Assembly (NCBI RefSeq): GCF_963921235.1
Contig: NC_086097.1
Span: forward strand, 197,224,001 to 197,288,000
Direction: 5' to 3'
DNA from: Mobula hypostoma
Lineage: Eukaryota
DNA length: 64,000 nucleotides
The notes under the pieces were generated by a model, which worked only from the letters and a program-made list of their open reading frames with translations, had not been told where the DNA came from and did no database searches. Of the stretch, positions 38,127-51,473 are shown piece by piece; within the stretch, counting starts at the first letter, position 1, and each line of letters opens with the position of its first letter. The translations under genes and the position numbers were made by a program.

Positions 38127-39026
38127 TCCTGTGAAACTCTTGCTGAGCTGTTCTTTAACTGCCTATGACTGTTTATTTTCCGACCTATCTTTTAAACATG
38201 TTTACTCAATCCAGCTTGGACAACTTTCTCATGCTATTTATGTTTGCCCTTACTTAATTCAAGGCACTGGCAATGGATCTGTGGTATTCATCCTTAAAAT
38301 ACAATTGGAATAATTAGTCATAGAGCATGAAAACAGACCATTCACCCAACTGGTGGACACCTTTCATTTTTCACCCAATGGCCAACACTTGGTCCATGGC
38401 CTTCTGTTTTTAAGTGAATTTCAAGTTTCATCTGGACACTTAATTGTTTTCAGTAACCCAGCTTCAACCGCATTCTGGGTCATTGCATTCCAGGTACTTG
38501 CCATTCTGAGTGAAGATGGTACCCTTTGTCTTTTTTAGGAATCTTTTCCCTCTTATCTTAAATTTCTGCTGTCTAGTTTCACAGTATCGACATATAGGGT
38601 AGGGGGAAATGTTTTCCCATTTTTTTTTAAATCCATAAAACATTTTTCTGTCTGGTTTTGTACGACATGCAAGCTTTCTCTCATTTCATTTTATCTCTTT
38701 GAGCCTTCTGCTGCTGGATAACTTCCCCACAGCTGTGGTCTACTATGAGCTTTGTCACTTTGTTTATCTTAGTTTTCAATTTTACATTGTTAACCAGGGA
38801 TTGTGCCTGTTAAGGGAATCCCTCTTTTTGTTTGAGATGTGCTTTTTGTAAGCATAGTAGATCTTTGAATATTTTTGTACTTTGTCCCTGTTGGTACCCC
38901 TCATAGCTCTAAGAACCTCAGTTATGCCCCCATTAACTTTCTTTGCTCTGGGGAGAAAAGACTGAGCTTCTCTGGGCTCCCCTCATGACTAATCCAGATA
39001 ACATCTTCATAAATTTCTTCTTTCTA

Positions 39027-41582
39027 TGACATGAAGCTGGGTGGCAGTGTCAGCTGTGAGGAGGATGCTAAGAGGATGCAGAGTGACTTGGATAGGTTGG
39101 GTGAGTGGGCAAATTCATAGCAGATGCAATTTAATGTGGATAAATGTGAAATTATCCACTTTGGTGGCAAAAATAGGAAAACAGATTATTATCTGAATGG
39201 TGGCCGATTAGGAAAAGGGGAGGTGCAACGAGACCTGGGTGTCATTATAGAAACGTAGAAAATAGGTGCAGGAGTAGGCCATTCGGCCCTTCGAGCCTGC
39301 ACCGCCATTTATTATGATCATGGCTGATCCTCCAACTCAGAACCCCGCCCCAGCCTTCCCTCCATACCCCCTGACCCCCGTAGCCACAAGGGCCATATCT
39401 AACTCCCTCTTAAATATAGCCAATGAACTGGCCTCAACTGTTTCCTGTGGCAGAGAATTCCACAGATTCACCACTCTCTGTGTGAAGAAGTTTTTCCTAA
39501 TCTCGGTCCTAAAAGGCTTCCCCTCTATCCTCAAACTGGCCCCTCGTTCTGGACTTCCCCAACATCGGGAACAATCTTCCTGCATCTAGCCTGTCCAATC
39601 CCTTTAGGATCTTATACGTTTCAATCAGATCCCCCCTCAATCTTCTAAATTCCAACGAGTACAAGCCCAGTTCATCCAGTCTTTCTTCATATGAAAGTCC
39701 TGCCATCCCAGGAATCAATCTGGTGAACCTTCTTTGTACTCCCTCTATGGCAAGGATGTCTTTCCTCAGATTAGGGGACCAAAACTGCTCACAATACTCC
39801 AGGTGTGGTCTCACCAAGGCCTTGTACAGCTGCAGTAGTACCTCCCTGCTCCTGTACTCGAATCCTCTCGCTATAAATGCCAGCATACTATTCGCCTTTT
39901 TCACCGCCTGCTGTACCTGCGTGCCCACTTTCAATGACTGGTGTATAACGACACCCAGGTCTTGTTGCACCTCCCCTTTTCCTAATCAGCCACCATTCAG
40001 ATAATAATCTGTTTTCCTATTTTTGCCACCAAAGTGGATAACCTTACATTTATCCACATTAATCTGCATCTGCCATGAATTTGCCCACTCACCTAACCTA
40101 TCCAAGTCACCCTGCATCCTCTTAGCATCCTCCTCACAGCTAACACTGCCGCCCAGCTTCGTGTCATCCGCAAACTTGGAGATGCTGCATTTAATTCCCT
40201 CATCCAAGTCATTAATATATATTGTAAACAACTGGGGTCCCAGCACTGAGCCTTGCGGTACCCCACTAGTCACCGCCTGCCATTCTGAAAAGGTCCCGTT
40301 TATTCCCACTCTTTGCTTCCTGTCTGCTAACCAATTCTCCACCCACACCAATACCTTACCCCCAATACCGTGTGCTTTAAGTTTGCACACTAATCTCCTG
40401 TGTGGGACCTTGTCAAAAGCCTTTTGAAAATCTAAATATACCACATCCACTGGTTCTCCCCTATCCACTCAACTGGTTACATCCTCAAAAAATTCTATGA
40501 GATTCGTCAGACATGATTTTCCTTTCACAAATCCATGCTGACTTTGTCTGATCATTTCACCGCTTTCCAAATGTGCTGTTATCACACCCTTGATAACTGA
40601 CTCCAGCAGTTTCCCCACCACCGACGTTAGGCTAACCGGTCTATAATTCCCCGGTTTCTCTCTCCCTCCTTTTTTAAAAAGTGGAGTTACATTAGCCACC
40701 CTCCAATCCTCAGGAACTAGTCCAGAATCTAACGAGTTTTGAAAAATTATCACTAATGCATCCACTATTTCTTGGGCTACTTCCTTAAGCACTCTGGGAT
40801 GCAGACCATCTGGCCCTGGGGATTTATCTGCCTTCAATCCCTTCAATTTACCTAACACCACACATTATACACCAGTCATTGAAAGTGGGCATGCAGGTAC
40901 AGCAGGCGGTGAAAAAGGCGAATGGTATGCTGGCATTTATAGCAAGAGGATTCGAGTACAGGAGCAGGGAGGTACTACTGTAGTTGTACAAGGCCTTGGT
41001 GAGACCACACCTGGAGTATTGTGTGCAGTTTTGGTCCCCTAATCTGAGGAAAGACATCCTTGCCATAGAGGGAGTACAAAGAAGGTTCACCAGATTGATT
41101 CCTGGGATGGCAGGACTTTCATATGAAGAAAGACTGGATGAACTGGGCTTGTACTCGTTGGAATTTAGAAGATTGAGGGGGGGATCTGATTGAAACGTAT
41201 AAAATCCTAAAGGGATTGGACAGGCTAGATGCAGGAAGATTGTTCCCGATGTTGGGGAAGTCCAGAACAAGGGGTCACAGTTTGAGGATAAAAGGGAAGC
41301 CTTTTAGGACCGAGATTAGGAAAAACTTCTTCACACAGAGAGTGGTGAATCTGTGGAATTCTCTGCCACAGGAAACAGTTGAGGCCAGTTCATTGGCTAT
41401 ATTTAAGAGGGAGTTAGATATGGCCCTTGTGGCTACGGGGGTCAGGGGGTATGGAGGGAAGGCTGGGGCGGGGTTCTGAGTTGGATGATCAGCCATGATC
41501 ATAATAAATGGCGGTGCAGGCTCAAAGGGCCGAATGGCCTACTCCTGCACCTATTTTCTATGTTTTTTCTATGTTTTCTATG
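39027..41582 (+). mobile_element. CR1 3' fragment (outer copy: 39027-39249 and 40863-41582)
   Basis: RT C-terminal motifs continue across the nested insertion. Ends in a (ttttctatg)n tail. Confidence 0.88.
39250..40862 (-). mobile_element. CR1 of the same subfamily inserted in opposite orientation, 7-bp TSD CATTATA
   Basis: ORFs 40469..40861, 39986..40468 and 39509..39970. TSD at 39243-39249 and 40863-40869. Confidence 0.9.
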
Positions 41583-42234
41583 TCTACATGTTTTCATTTA
41601 CCATTGCATCCTTGCTGCCATTACTATAGCATTACCATTACATCCTTGCGATACCTTGGTGACCAAAACTTTATGCAGTACTCTAGTTGAGGTCTGGCAG
41701 AAGGTTATATAAAACTGGAGCATAATTTGTTTTGCAACTGTTTGGGGTGAATTGAGACAAGGATCCTTGCATCCTTCTCCATACCTTGTTAGCAAATCTA
41801 CAATCTATAAAGAGGTGGGTGACTGTGTCTCTCTCTACCTTTGCTGTTCTAAGGGCTCCATGTGCTGGGGATGATATATTGACTGTACAGGAAAAGACGC
41901 CAGATTTCCTCGTGTTTCCGCCCACCTTTCCCATTCAGCCTTGATATTGAACATGCAGTCTTGGTCACTCAGCAACCACACTTCTGTATGACTTATTACA
42001 TCATACTCATTAATTGCTGTCTATGCTATCAGTTTGTCTAACCTTTTATTTGAATGTATATTTTAGCTTTGATTGTTTTGCAGTTATTTACACTTCTAGA
42101 TAAACTATGTTTTGCAGACTTTAGTTTTCATCTGCCCTCATCTATCATTTTCCCATCACTATGCTGTGCCACAGTTTTTCATTTGGCTTTTTAGAGCAGT
42201 TTGTCGCTGAGCTTACCAGAGGATCGGCTATACT

Positions 42235-45200
42235 GGGTTGGGTGTTATGTAATGAACCAGAGGTGATTAGGGAGCTTAAGGTAAAAGAACCCTGAGGAAC
42301 TGGTGATCACAATATGATTGTGTTCAATTTGAAATTTGTTAGGGAGAAAGTAAAGTCTGATGTAGCAGTATTTCAGTGGGGTCAGGGAAATTACAGTGGT
42401 TTGAAAGAGGAGTTGACGAAAGTAAATTGGAAGGAGTTGCTGGCAGGGATGTCAGCAGAGCAGAAATGGCATGTGTTTCTGGGAAAATTGAGGGAGGTGC
42501 AGGACGTGTATTCCAAAAACGAAGAAATACTCAAATAGTAAGATAGTACAACCATGGCTGATGGGGAAGTCAAAGCTATTGTAAAAGCAAAAGAAAGGGC
42601 ATACAACAAAGCAAAAATTAGTGGGAAGATAGAGGATTGGAAGTTCTTAAAAAAAAAGCCTACATAGAGCAACTAAAAAAAATCATTAGAAGGGAAAAGA
42701 TGAAATGTGAAAGCAAGCTAGCAAATAATATCAAAATGGATGGAAATTTTTTTTCAAGTATGTTAAAAACAAAAATGAGAGTGGATATAGGACAGCTAGA
42801 AATTGAGGCAGGAGAAATAATAATGGGGGGACAAGGAGATAGCTGCTGAACTAAATGAGTATTTTGCGTCAGTCTTCACTGTGGAAGACATGAGTAGTAT
42901 GCCTGATGTTGTAGTGTGTGAAGGAAGAGAAGTGTGTGCATTTACTGTTACAAGAGAGAAGGTGCTCAAAAAGCTGAAAGACCTAAAGGTACACAAGTCA
43001 CCCGGACCAGAGGAACTGCACCCCAGGGTTCTGAAAGAGGAAGCATTAGAAATGATATTTCAAAAATCATTGGAGTCTGGCATGGAAAGTTGCAAGTGTT
43101 ACTCCACTCTTTAAGAAAGGAGGAAGGCAGCAGAAAGGAGATTATAGACCAGTTAGCCCAACCTCAGTGTTTGGAAAGATGTTAGAGTCAATTGTTAAGG
43201 ATGAGGTAATGGAGTACTTGGTGACACAGGTCAAGACAAAGTCAGCAATGTTTCCTTCAGGGAAAATCCTGCCTGGCAAACCTGTTGGAATTCTTTGAGG
43301 AGATTGTAAGTAAGATAGATAAAGGGGATGCAGTGGATATTGTATATTTGGACTTTCAGACAAAGTGCTACAGGAAAGGCTGCTTACCAAGTTAAGAGCC
43401 CATGGCATTACAGGGAAGTTACTGATATGCTTAGAGCATTGGCTGATTGGTAGGATGCAACGAGTGGGAATAAAGGATCCTTGTCTGATTGGCTGCCAGT
43501 GACTAGTGCTGTTCCGCAGGAGTTGGAGTTGGGACCACTTTTTATGCTGGAGATAAATGATTTAGATGATGAAATAGATGGCTTTGTTGCCAAGTTTGCA
43601 GATGATATGAAGATTGGTGGAGGGGCTGGTAGTGTTGAGGAAACTATTAGGATGCAGAAGGATTTGGACAGATGAGGAGAATGGGCAAGAAAGTGACAAA
43701 TGAAATACAATTTTGGAAAATGCATGGTAGTAGAAATAAATGTGCAGACTATTTTCTAAACGGAGAAAATCCAGGGATCTGAGATGCAGGGATCTTGGGA
43801 GTCCTTGTGCAGAAGACCCTGTAGGTTAACTTGCGAGTTGAGTCTGTGAGAAAGGCAAGTGCCATGTTGGCATTCATTTCAAGAGGTCTGGAATACAAGA
43901 GGAAAGATGTGATGCTGAGGCTTTATCAGGCACTGGTGAGGCCTCACCTTGAATATTGTGAACAATTTTTGATCCCTCATCTTAGAAACGATGTGCTGAC
44001 ATTGGAGAGCGTCCAGAGGAAGTTCACAAGGATGATTCTAGGAATGAAAGGGTTATCATACGAGGAACGTTTGATGGCTCTGGATCTGTAATCACTGGAA
44101 TTCTGCAGGATGAGGAGCGATCTCATTGAAATGTTTGTTACGTACCCCGTAACTGGGTTGCCAAATCAGCAGAAATGGATCACTCAGTTGGAGTCTGGAT
44201 TACTAGAACTAAGAAAGTTTTATTAAAGAAACAAGCAACACAGTAATCGAAAGGATAATAAATGCAACAGTTCAGCAATGATAAACACGCATGTGCACAG
44301 AATTAAGATAACAGCATCAGTCAAGCCCTATCGTTGTCTAGGGGTAAATGACCAATTTCAAAGTGACACAAAGTTCAGTCCAATTTAGTTCAGTTCGCAG
44401 TAATCGTTGCCATGGCGATGGACAACGTGGGGGTAGGGAGAGAGAGAACGAGAACGACTGATCATTCAGAACGGCTTCCACTCACAGACCGGCGATATTG
44501 CTCACAAGCAGCTTTCGGGCAAGTCCTTTGTGATGTCACCTGAGGTCACCGACTGTGACCCCTCCTCCAGATGCGGTCGATCCTCTGCAGTGAACCCGGC
44601 ACCCAAGCGAGGGTGGACACACACTGGGTTCCCGCTGATCGTACCTTTCCACCCTGTGCGTTTAAGGCTGATCCCCCGATCAGCCGTCGAAGAGCTTCCC
44701 ACCGACTTGTGAGAGGCGCACCGCTTCCAGGGTCTCGTTACCTCGGGTGTCGTGTGTGTCCTGCCTTAGCGAACCTGTCCCTTTTTATCCCCCTGCTGGG
44801 GTATTGCCTGTCCATCACTTCAAACAGTTCAGGGTTCAAAGGGGGAGCTGCTCTGGACAGCTCTCTCTCCCGTCCCTTCATTACACATCTCCAGATCGCC
44901 TGTCCATCACTTCAAACAGTTCAGGGTTCAAAGGGGGAGCCGCTCTTGACAATACCCAGACTGATGGCTCCTTCATTAACACCTCCAAATGCTGCTTCAT
45001 TGTGTGCCTTATCTCTCCCTCCGCTGAGGACAGGTGGCAGACCAACTGCTGATGCCACTGTTGCTAGCCCAGGCTAGCAAACATCTTAATTTATGTGTAT
45101 TCTCGTCACATGTTCAAATGCTGAAAGGCTTAGACTGGGAGATGTGGAAAGGATGTTTCCTTTGGTGGGAGAGTCTAGGACAAGAGGGCACAGCCTCAGG

Positions 45201-45490
45201 ATAGAAGGGTACACTTTCAAAACTGAGATGTAGAGAAATTTCTTTAGCCAAAGAGTGGTGAATTTGTGATATTTGTTGCCACGTGCAGCTTTGGAGCTCA
45301 GGTCGTTGGGTGTATTTGAGGCAGAGATTGATAGGTTCTTGATTGGACATCGCATCAAAGGTTACAGGGAGAAGGCTGGGAACTGGGGTTGAGGAGGAAA
45401 TAGGAAAAAAAAGGATCAGCCATGATTGAATGGCTGAGCAAACTCAATGGGCCAGATGGCCTAATTCTGCTCCTATGTCTTATGGTCTTA
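42235..45490 (+). mobile_element. CR1 LINE, decayed, interrupted by a solo LTR
   Basis: Motifs KSPGPEELHPRVLKE, KFADDMKIGG and RPHLEYCEQF. Resumes at 45115. Confidence 0.88.
44136..45110 (-). mobile_element. Solo LTR (Gypsy-type), 975 bp, 4-bp TSD TGTT
   Basis: Ends tgtt|TGTTACG and GTCACA|tgtt. The minus strand has TATA-like GGATAAAA at about 44785 and AATAAA at about 44220. Confidence 0.88.
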
Positions 45491-47243
45491 TTTCCTCTTG
45501 ATTTATTAAGCCTTATTCTTGGAGCCCTCTCCCCTCCTAGATATTTTAAAACACTTTTTGTAACCCCAATTGTGTAGTCTTCAAGAATGCAATAATGAGT
45601 CAGAAGCTTAATGTCCAATAGTAAATGATTCTTCTGACTGGCACCCTCCAAGCACTTAATGTCATTAATAAAACATGAGGTGTATGCTGGATGAGCCTGT
45701 AAAGCTCTGTAATATCCAGGACAAACCAATCCATTTGGATGGCACCATATTCAGCATCTAAAGCATTTGTTTTCACTTCCAATGGTGCATTGTAGCTGTA
45801 GAATGCCTGGTCTTCAGTGTGTACTTCTGTTATTACCTTGTGCATTTAAAAGAAAAATAAATCTGCTTATGGTAAAGAATGAATGCACAGTTGATGATGG
45901 GGAGCAGCACCTGCAAGTTTTCTTCTAAGTTCATTCCCATCCTGGAAGTGTAAAGTATTATTGCTTTCTTGATCCCATTTGGGAATGTGGAGTAAATGTG
46001 AGCTATGCCAGGATACCTCCAACGACCCATCCACAACAATTAAGTGAAGAAGTGGAATGAGTATGGTCTTGACAATGCTATAAGAGTATGATAGTTTTGG
46101 TAGTAAAGAATGCTGAGTGATTCAAAACTGACTGTGGAAGATTCTGTAATGACGAGAGATTCAACAATTTAATTGAAACTCATTCAGTTCTTATGGGGTT
46201 TGATAAAGTGAGTTCCGCGGGTACGCTTTCCCTCTTTGGAGATGTAGCAGTTACTTGGGGAGGTGGGGGGAAGAAAAAGCCAAAACCACTCAGACACTAA
46301 GCACAAGGGGTTGACACTGTACACAATAATGAAGTTGTAAAGTCGAAGGAAGTATATTTGATCCTTTATTTACAAGCCAGCAAAGTCAACAATTTAAAAA
46401 CCAATTAAACTCAAACTAGTGATGTGACAAAACAAATTATCTTGGTGTACTTAAACATATTTGAACCAAGTTTTCTTTAACATATGAGTATTGAAGCAAT
46501 CAACAAAAAGATATCAACCCCGGCCCACTCCCTAGCTCTACCCAAACTAAAATGAACTAGAGACAAAGCATGAATATGTATCTGAACTCTTCGTTTCTAA
46601 CATGCCCCAATCCACTTGACTATCCATAATAAACGTGCAACACAAAATGCAATACAACAGAAAACAGATATGTGGCTCCTAAATCCCAGCCCTTAAATTT
46701 TATACTCTAATAATTACAACTGCATACTACCCAAAAATAGGAGCCATGAAATCTTAACATTCATACGAATGTCCTCTTTCGTCTTTCTTCTTCCAGAGAA
46801 ATCATGCAACGGTAATCTAGGCCAAAAGTTCTCAGCACTTAGCCCAGTATAGAATGATCTGTACCACTACACTCTGTCAAGTCAAAATCATGAAGCTTAC
46901 AAAGCTGTAGCTCCTCAAACCACTGCCTCTCATAGAAGATATATCTTGGTTATAGGCAGCCAGACAGCTGTTTTTGGTCTTGATGTACACCTGCCGCACA
47001 AACCCTTGTGTGGAAAGACTTGAATGTCTCTTCCCATGATCCATTAGTTTAGAGAAATTGTGTAATTAGTTACAAGCACAGCATCTCTGGGAGGAAATTA
47101 TGTCTTATTTCTGATGTTTCTGTAGCTGTGGTAAATAATTCTTGAACCACTGTTTCCAAAACGAGTTTGAGTATTTGACTTGTTTTTCCTTTTGAACTCC
47201 CCTAGTGGTAAGGAGATGATGAGTTCAGAAGCAACAGATGGTT

Positions 47244-48457
47244 GAACATAGAATAGTACAGCACATTACCTCTGGCCCACAATGTTGTGCTGACCCTCAA
47301 ACCCTGCCTCCCATATAAGCCCCCACCTTAAATTCCTCCATATACCTGTTTAAGTAGACTCTTAAACTTCATTAGTGTATCTCCCTCCACCACTGACTCA
47401 GGCAGTGCATTCCACGCACCAACCACTCTCTGAGTAAAAATCCTTCCTCTAATATCCCCCTTGAACTTCCAACCGCTTACCTTAAAGCCATGTCCTCTTG
47501 TATTGAGCAGTGGTGCCCTGGGGAAAAGGCGCTGGGTATCCACTATCTATTCCTCTTATTATCTTGTATACCTCTATCATGTCTCCTCTCATCTTCCTTC
47601 TCTCCAAAGAGTAAAGCCCTAGCTCCCTTAATCTCTGGTCATAATGCATACTCTCTAAACCAGGCAGCATCCCCTGGTAATTTCTCTGTACCCTTTCCAA
47701 TGCTTCCACATCCTTTCTATAGTGAGGCGACCAGAACTGGACACAGTACTCCAAGTGTGGCCTAACGAGTTTTATAGAGCTGCATCATTACATTGCGACT
47801 CTTAAACTCTATCCCTCAACTTATGAAAGCTAACACCCCATAAGCTTTCTTAACTACCCTAACTACCTGTGAGGCACCTTTCAGGGCTCTGTGGACATGT
47901 ACCCCGAGATCCCTCTGCTCCTCCACACTACCATGTGTCCTGCCATTTACTTTGTACTCTGCCTTGGAGTTTGTCCTTCCAAAGTGTAGAAACTCACACT
48001 TCTCTGGGTTGAACTCCATCTGCCACTTCTCAGTCCACTTCTGCATCCTATCAATGTCTCTCTGCAATCTTCGACAATTCTCTACACTATCCACAACACC
48101 ACCAACCTTTGTGTCGTCTGCAAACTTGCCAACCCACCCTTCTACTCCCACATCCAGGTCGTAAATAAAAATCACGAAAAGTAGAGGTCCCAGAACAAAT
48201 CCTTGTGGGACACCACTCGTCACAATCCTCCAATCTGAATGTACTCCCTCCACCATGACCCTCTGCCTTCTGCAGGCAAGCCAATTCTGAATCCACCTGG
48301 CCAAACTTCCCTGGATCCCATGCCTTCTGACTTTCTGAATAAGCCTACCATGTGGAACCTTGTCAAATGCCTTACTAAAATCCATGTAGATCACATCCAC
48401 TGCCCTACCCTCATCTATATGCCTGGTCACCTCCTCAAAGAACTGTATCAGGCTTGT
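47244..48457 (-). mobile_element. CR1 3' fragment nested in the BEL/Pao element
   Basis: ORF 47816..48565 has DFSKAFDKVPH, SGVPQG and FADDTK. Confidence 0.9.
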
Positions 48458-50717
48458 TGGGTGTAAAGCTTCCAAATCATTAGGTTCAGATAATGCTTTA
48501 ATATTCGGATGACCATTTATAATGGTCTGTGCTTCACAAGGAACTGTGTGGAAACTCTTTGTCAAGATTCTGTACCTTTATGGTAGAATTGAGAACCTTT
48601 CTTACACTTTCTCCCCTTTTGCAAACTTGAATTCATTTGGAAATCTTTCTTTGGCAAAAAGCCACAATCTCCATTTTACTTTTTCTGAGCTCCTCCACTT
48701 AAAGGCAATCTCAACCAATCTGACCTCTAAACTTCTCAATCTCTCTCTCCAGAAAGAATACCCTTGTTCTTCATTTGTCAGGCTGAGCAAGAATGATATT
48801 CAACTGTTTCCTCTTCCTATTAAGAAACAAATGCTGGTTCTTAAATTTAAGAATCCAGGCCACTGTCTTCCTCAAACAGATCCAAGACGAGAAGTGATGA
48901 ATTACTATGTCCACCTCCTCTTCATTCTGCATGGCATTCATTGTGACAGTGTCTTGACTTCTGGATCATCCAGCAGAAGTTCTGCAGAAAAAAATCAAGA
49001 TCCACAGGCTATTTGCTGAAGATACTGAGGCCCTGACACTTGTGTCTTGTTCTTCAGAAAAGCTTTCACCTTCAGTGCTCTTGAGGCCACATCTACAGAG
49101 TTATGTGAAGTGTTTACATACCTACATTGAGATGTTTGAGAGACGTTAAGAATTTTTGAAATTCTGTTAGCAACAAAGGTTCAGAACCTGGAAATTTCAT
49201 TTTTCATTTACTTCACCACCGAAGTACTATCAGTCCAAAAAACTGAGCCTGAAGCTGCATTTGCAACTGCTTCCTTCACATACAGTTTGTCCATATAGCT
49301 TGCCATTGTTGCAGCAGTAGTTCCATATGGGGGATGGAACCCTAGATTTGGAGCTACCCTAGTTTTTCCATGATAAAAGCACTGTGCACCTGAGAAATGT
49401 CATGCAACAATAGGTAGTTCACTGCTCCATAGCCATCTTTGCGAGTCTCTGAAGTGCTGTAACTGTGCAGCAGTAACTTCTCCAAAGCTCAAGGGTTTCA
49501 AACATCTAGTAATCTTGAAGTCTTCCAACCAGTAGATTTCTTTCGGCCAGCTTGTCCACTCATGAGCAACTGATGTTGGTGTAGCGTCATTCCAGCCAAG
49601 CCCTTTCTTATGTAGATCTTGTAGGATCATTTTGGCAGATAACACCACGGGACTCGAGATTCATTTTCCCTTGTAACAGTAACTGCACTCACTTCCTCTT
49701 CCCGTACACCCTTGAACGTTTGGCACACTACTGGTGTCTTCCACAGTGAAGATGCAGTATTATTCAGCACTGTGCCTGATTTTTTTACGGCTTGTTTTGA
49801 ATTTGCACCCTTTTCATCAGAGTGAATATGAAGTATGCTGGGTTGCTTGCCACTGCATACCTTGCAAGAAAAACACTTTCTGCAATTCTTGCTGATGTGT
49901 CCTATACACAAACAAAGCAGATGCCACTCTCCTTTAGGAAGACAATCTTCTCACTGAGCCTTTTTGTGTAGCTGAGGGCATGAATCCAATGTATGGCCAC
50001 TCAGACAGAAGAGATAAACCATTTTGGTTTTCATTAGTTTGTCTTGGTGTTAGCTTTACTTTTCACAGTGGCCACAGTAGTGGCAAAGATGCTTCCCTCA
50101 ACTTTGGAACAAATTTGTGTTTAATTTGTTCACACCTTTGCTTGTTGCAGGTGATGTAGTATCCTGTCTATTCCAAACTACCAGAGCTGTAGTCATCCTT
50201 GTTTTTCATTAAGATCAACGTCGGCGAGAGTAGTCTCATGGTTATGCCTATCCAGTAGTTCACCCCTCCTCATAGATCCCTAAGCCTATAGGACAACTTC
50301 TTTATAACAATGAACATATTGGCAGGCATGTCCAGTTCGTACATGTACTGAACAACACCATGGATTTGCAATAGACTCTTAGGTAAAGACTGTATTCTTG
50401 AAGAGCATTCATATCTTCAGATTTGATAGGTACCAAGAAAGAGCACGTAGGCTGATGCAATTTTCTGTTCATCACCCAAATGTTCCTGTAGTAAAGCCTT
50501 AGCTTTTAGATATTCTTCCTTCAGGTCAACTTCTGACAAGCACTCTCGGGCAACCTCCAGTTTACTGTTCGAGGAAATGGAGGTGGTCACCATAATTGTC
50601 TGTCTTGCCCTCACACTGTTCTTAAAAGTCCTCATGCATGATATTGCAATGAATCGCCATTGCAGGTTTGAATATCTCTTTTAGACAGGGATGCAGTGCA
50701 TTGTTATACCAATATAA

Positions 50718-51473
50718 TGTCGGAAAATGCATGGTCGTATACTTTGGTAGAAGAAATAAATGTGCAGACTATTTTCTAAATGGGAAGAAAATCCAAAAAC
50801 CTGAGATGCAAAGGGACTTGGAAGTCCTTGTGTAGAACAACCTAAAGGTTAACTTGCAGATGGTGGTGAGGAAGGCAAATGCAGTGTTAGCATTCATTTC
50901 AAGAGGTCAAGAATACAAGAGCAGTGATGTGATGCTAAGGCTTTATAATGCACTAGAGAGGCCTCACCTTGAGTATTGTGAACAGTTTTGGGCTCCTCGT
51001 CTAGGAAAAAAAGTGCTGCATGGAGAGGGTCCAGAGGAGGTTTACGAGGAATGTTTGATAGCTCTGCGTCTGTACTCTCTGGAATTTAAAGGATGGTGGG
51101 TGTAGAATCTCATTGAAACCTTTCGAATGTTGAAAGGCCCAGACATAGTAGATGTGGAAAGAATTTTTCCCATGGTGGTGGAGTCTAGGACAAGAGGGCA
51201 CAGCCTCAGGATAGAGGGACTCCTTTAAAAACAGATGTGGAGGAATTTATTTCGTCAGAAGGTGGTGAATTTGTGGAATATATTACCACAGGCAGCAGTG
51301 GAGGCCAGGTTGTTGATGTATTTAATGTGGAGCTTGGTAGGACATAGCAGCAAAGGTTACGGGGAGAAAGCCAGGGAGTGGGGGGGTGGGGGAAGAAAAG
51401 GATCAGCCATGATTGAATGGCAGAGCAGACTCAAAGGGCCAAATGGCCTAATTATGTTCTTGTATCTTATGGT
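50718..51473 (+). mobile_element. CR1 3' fragment nested in the BEL/Pao element
   Basis: Motifs KANAVLAFISRG and RPHLEYCEQFW, plus a CR1 3' UTR. Confidence 0.88.
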
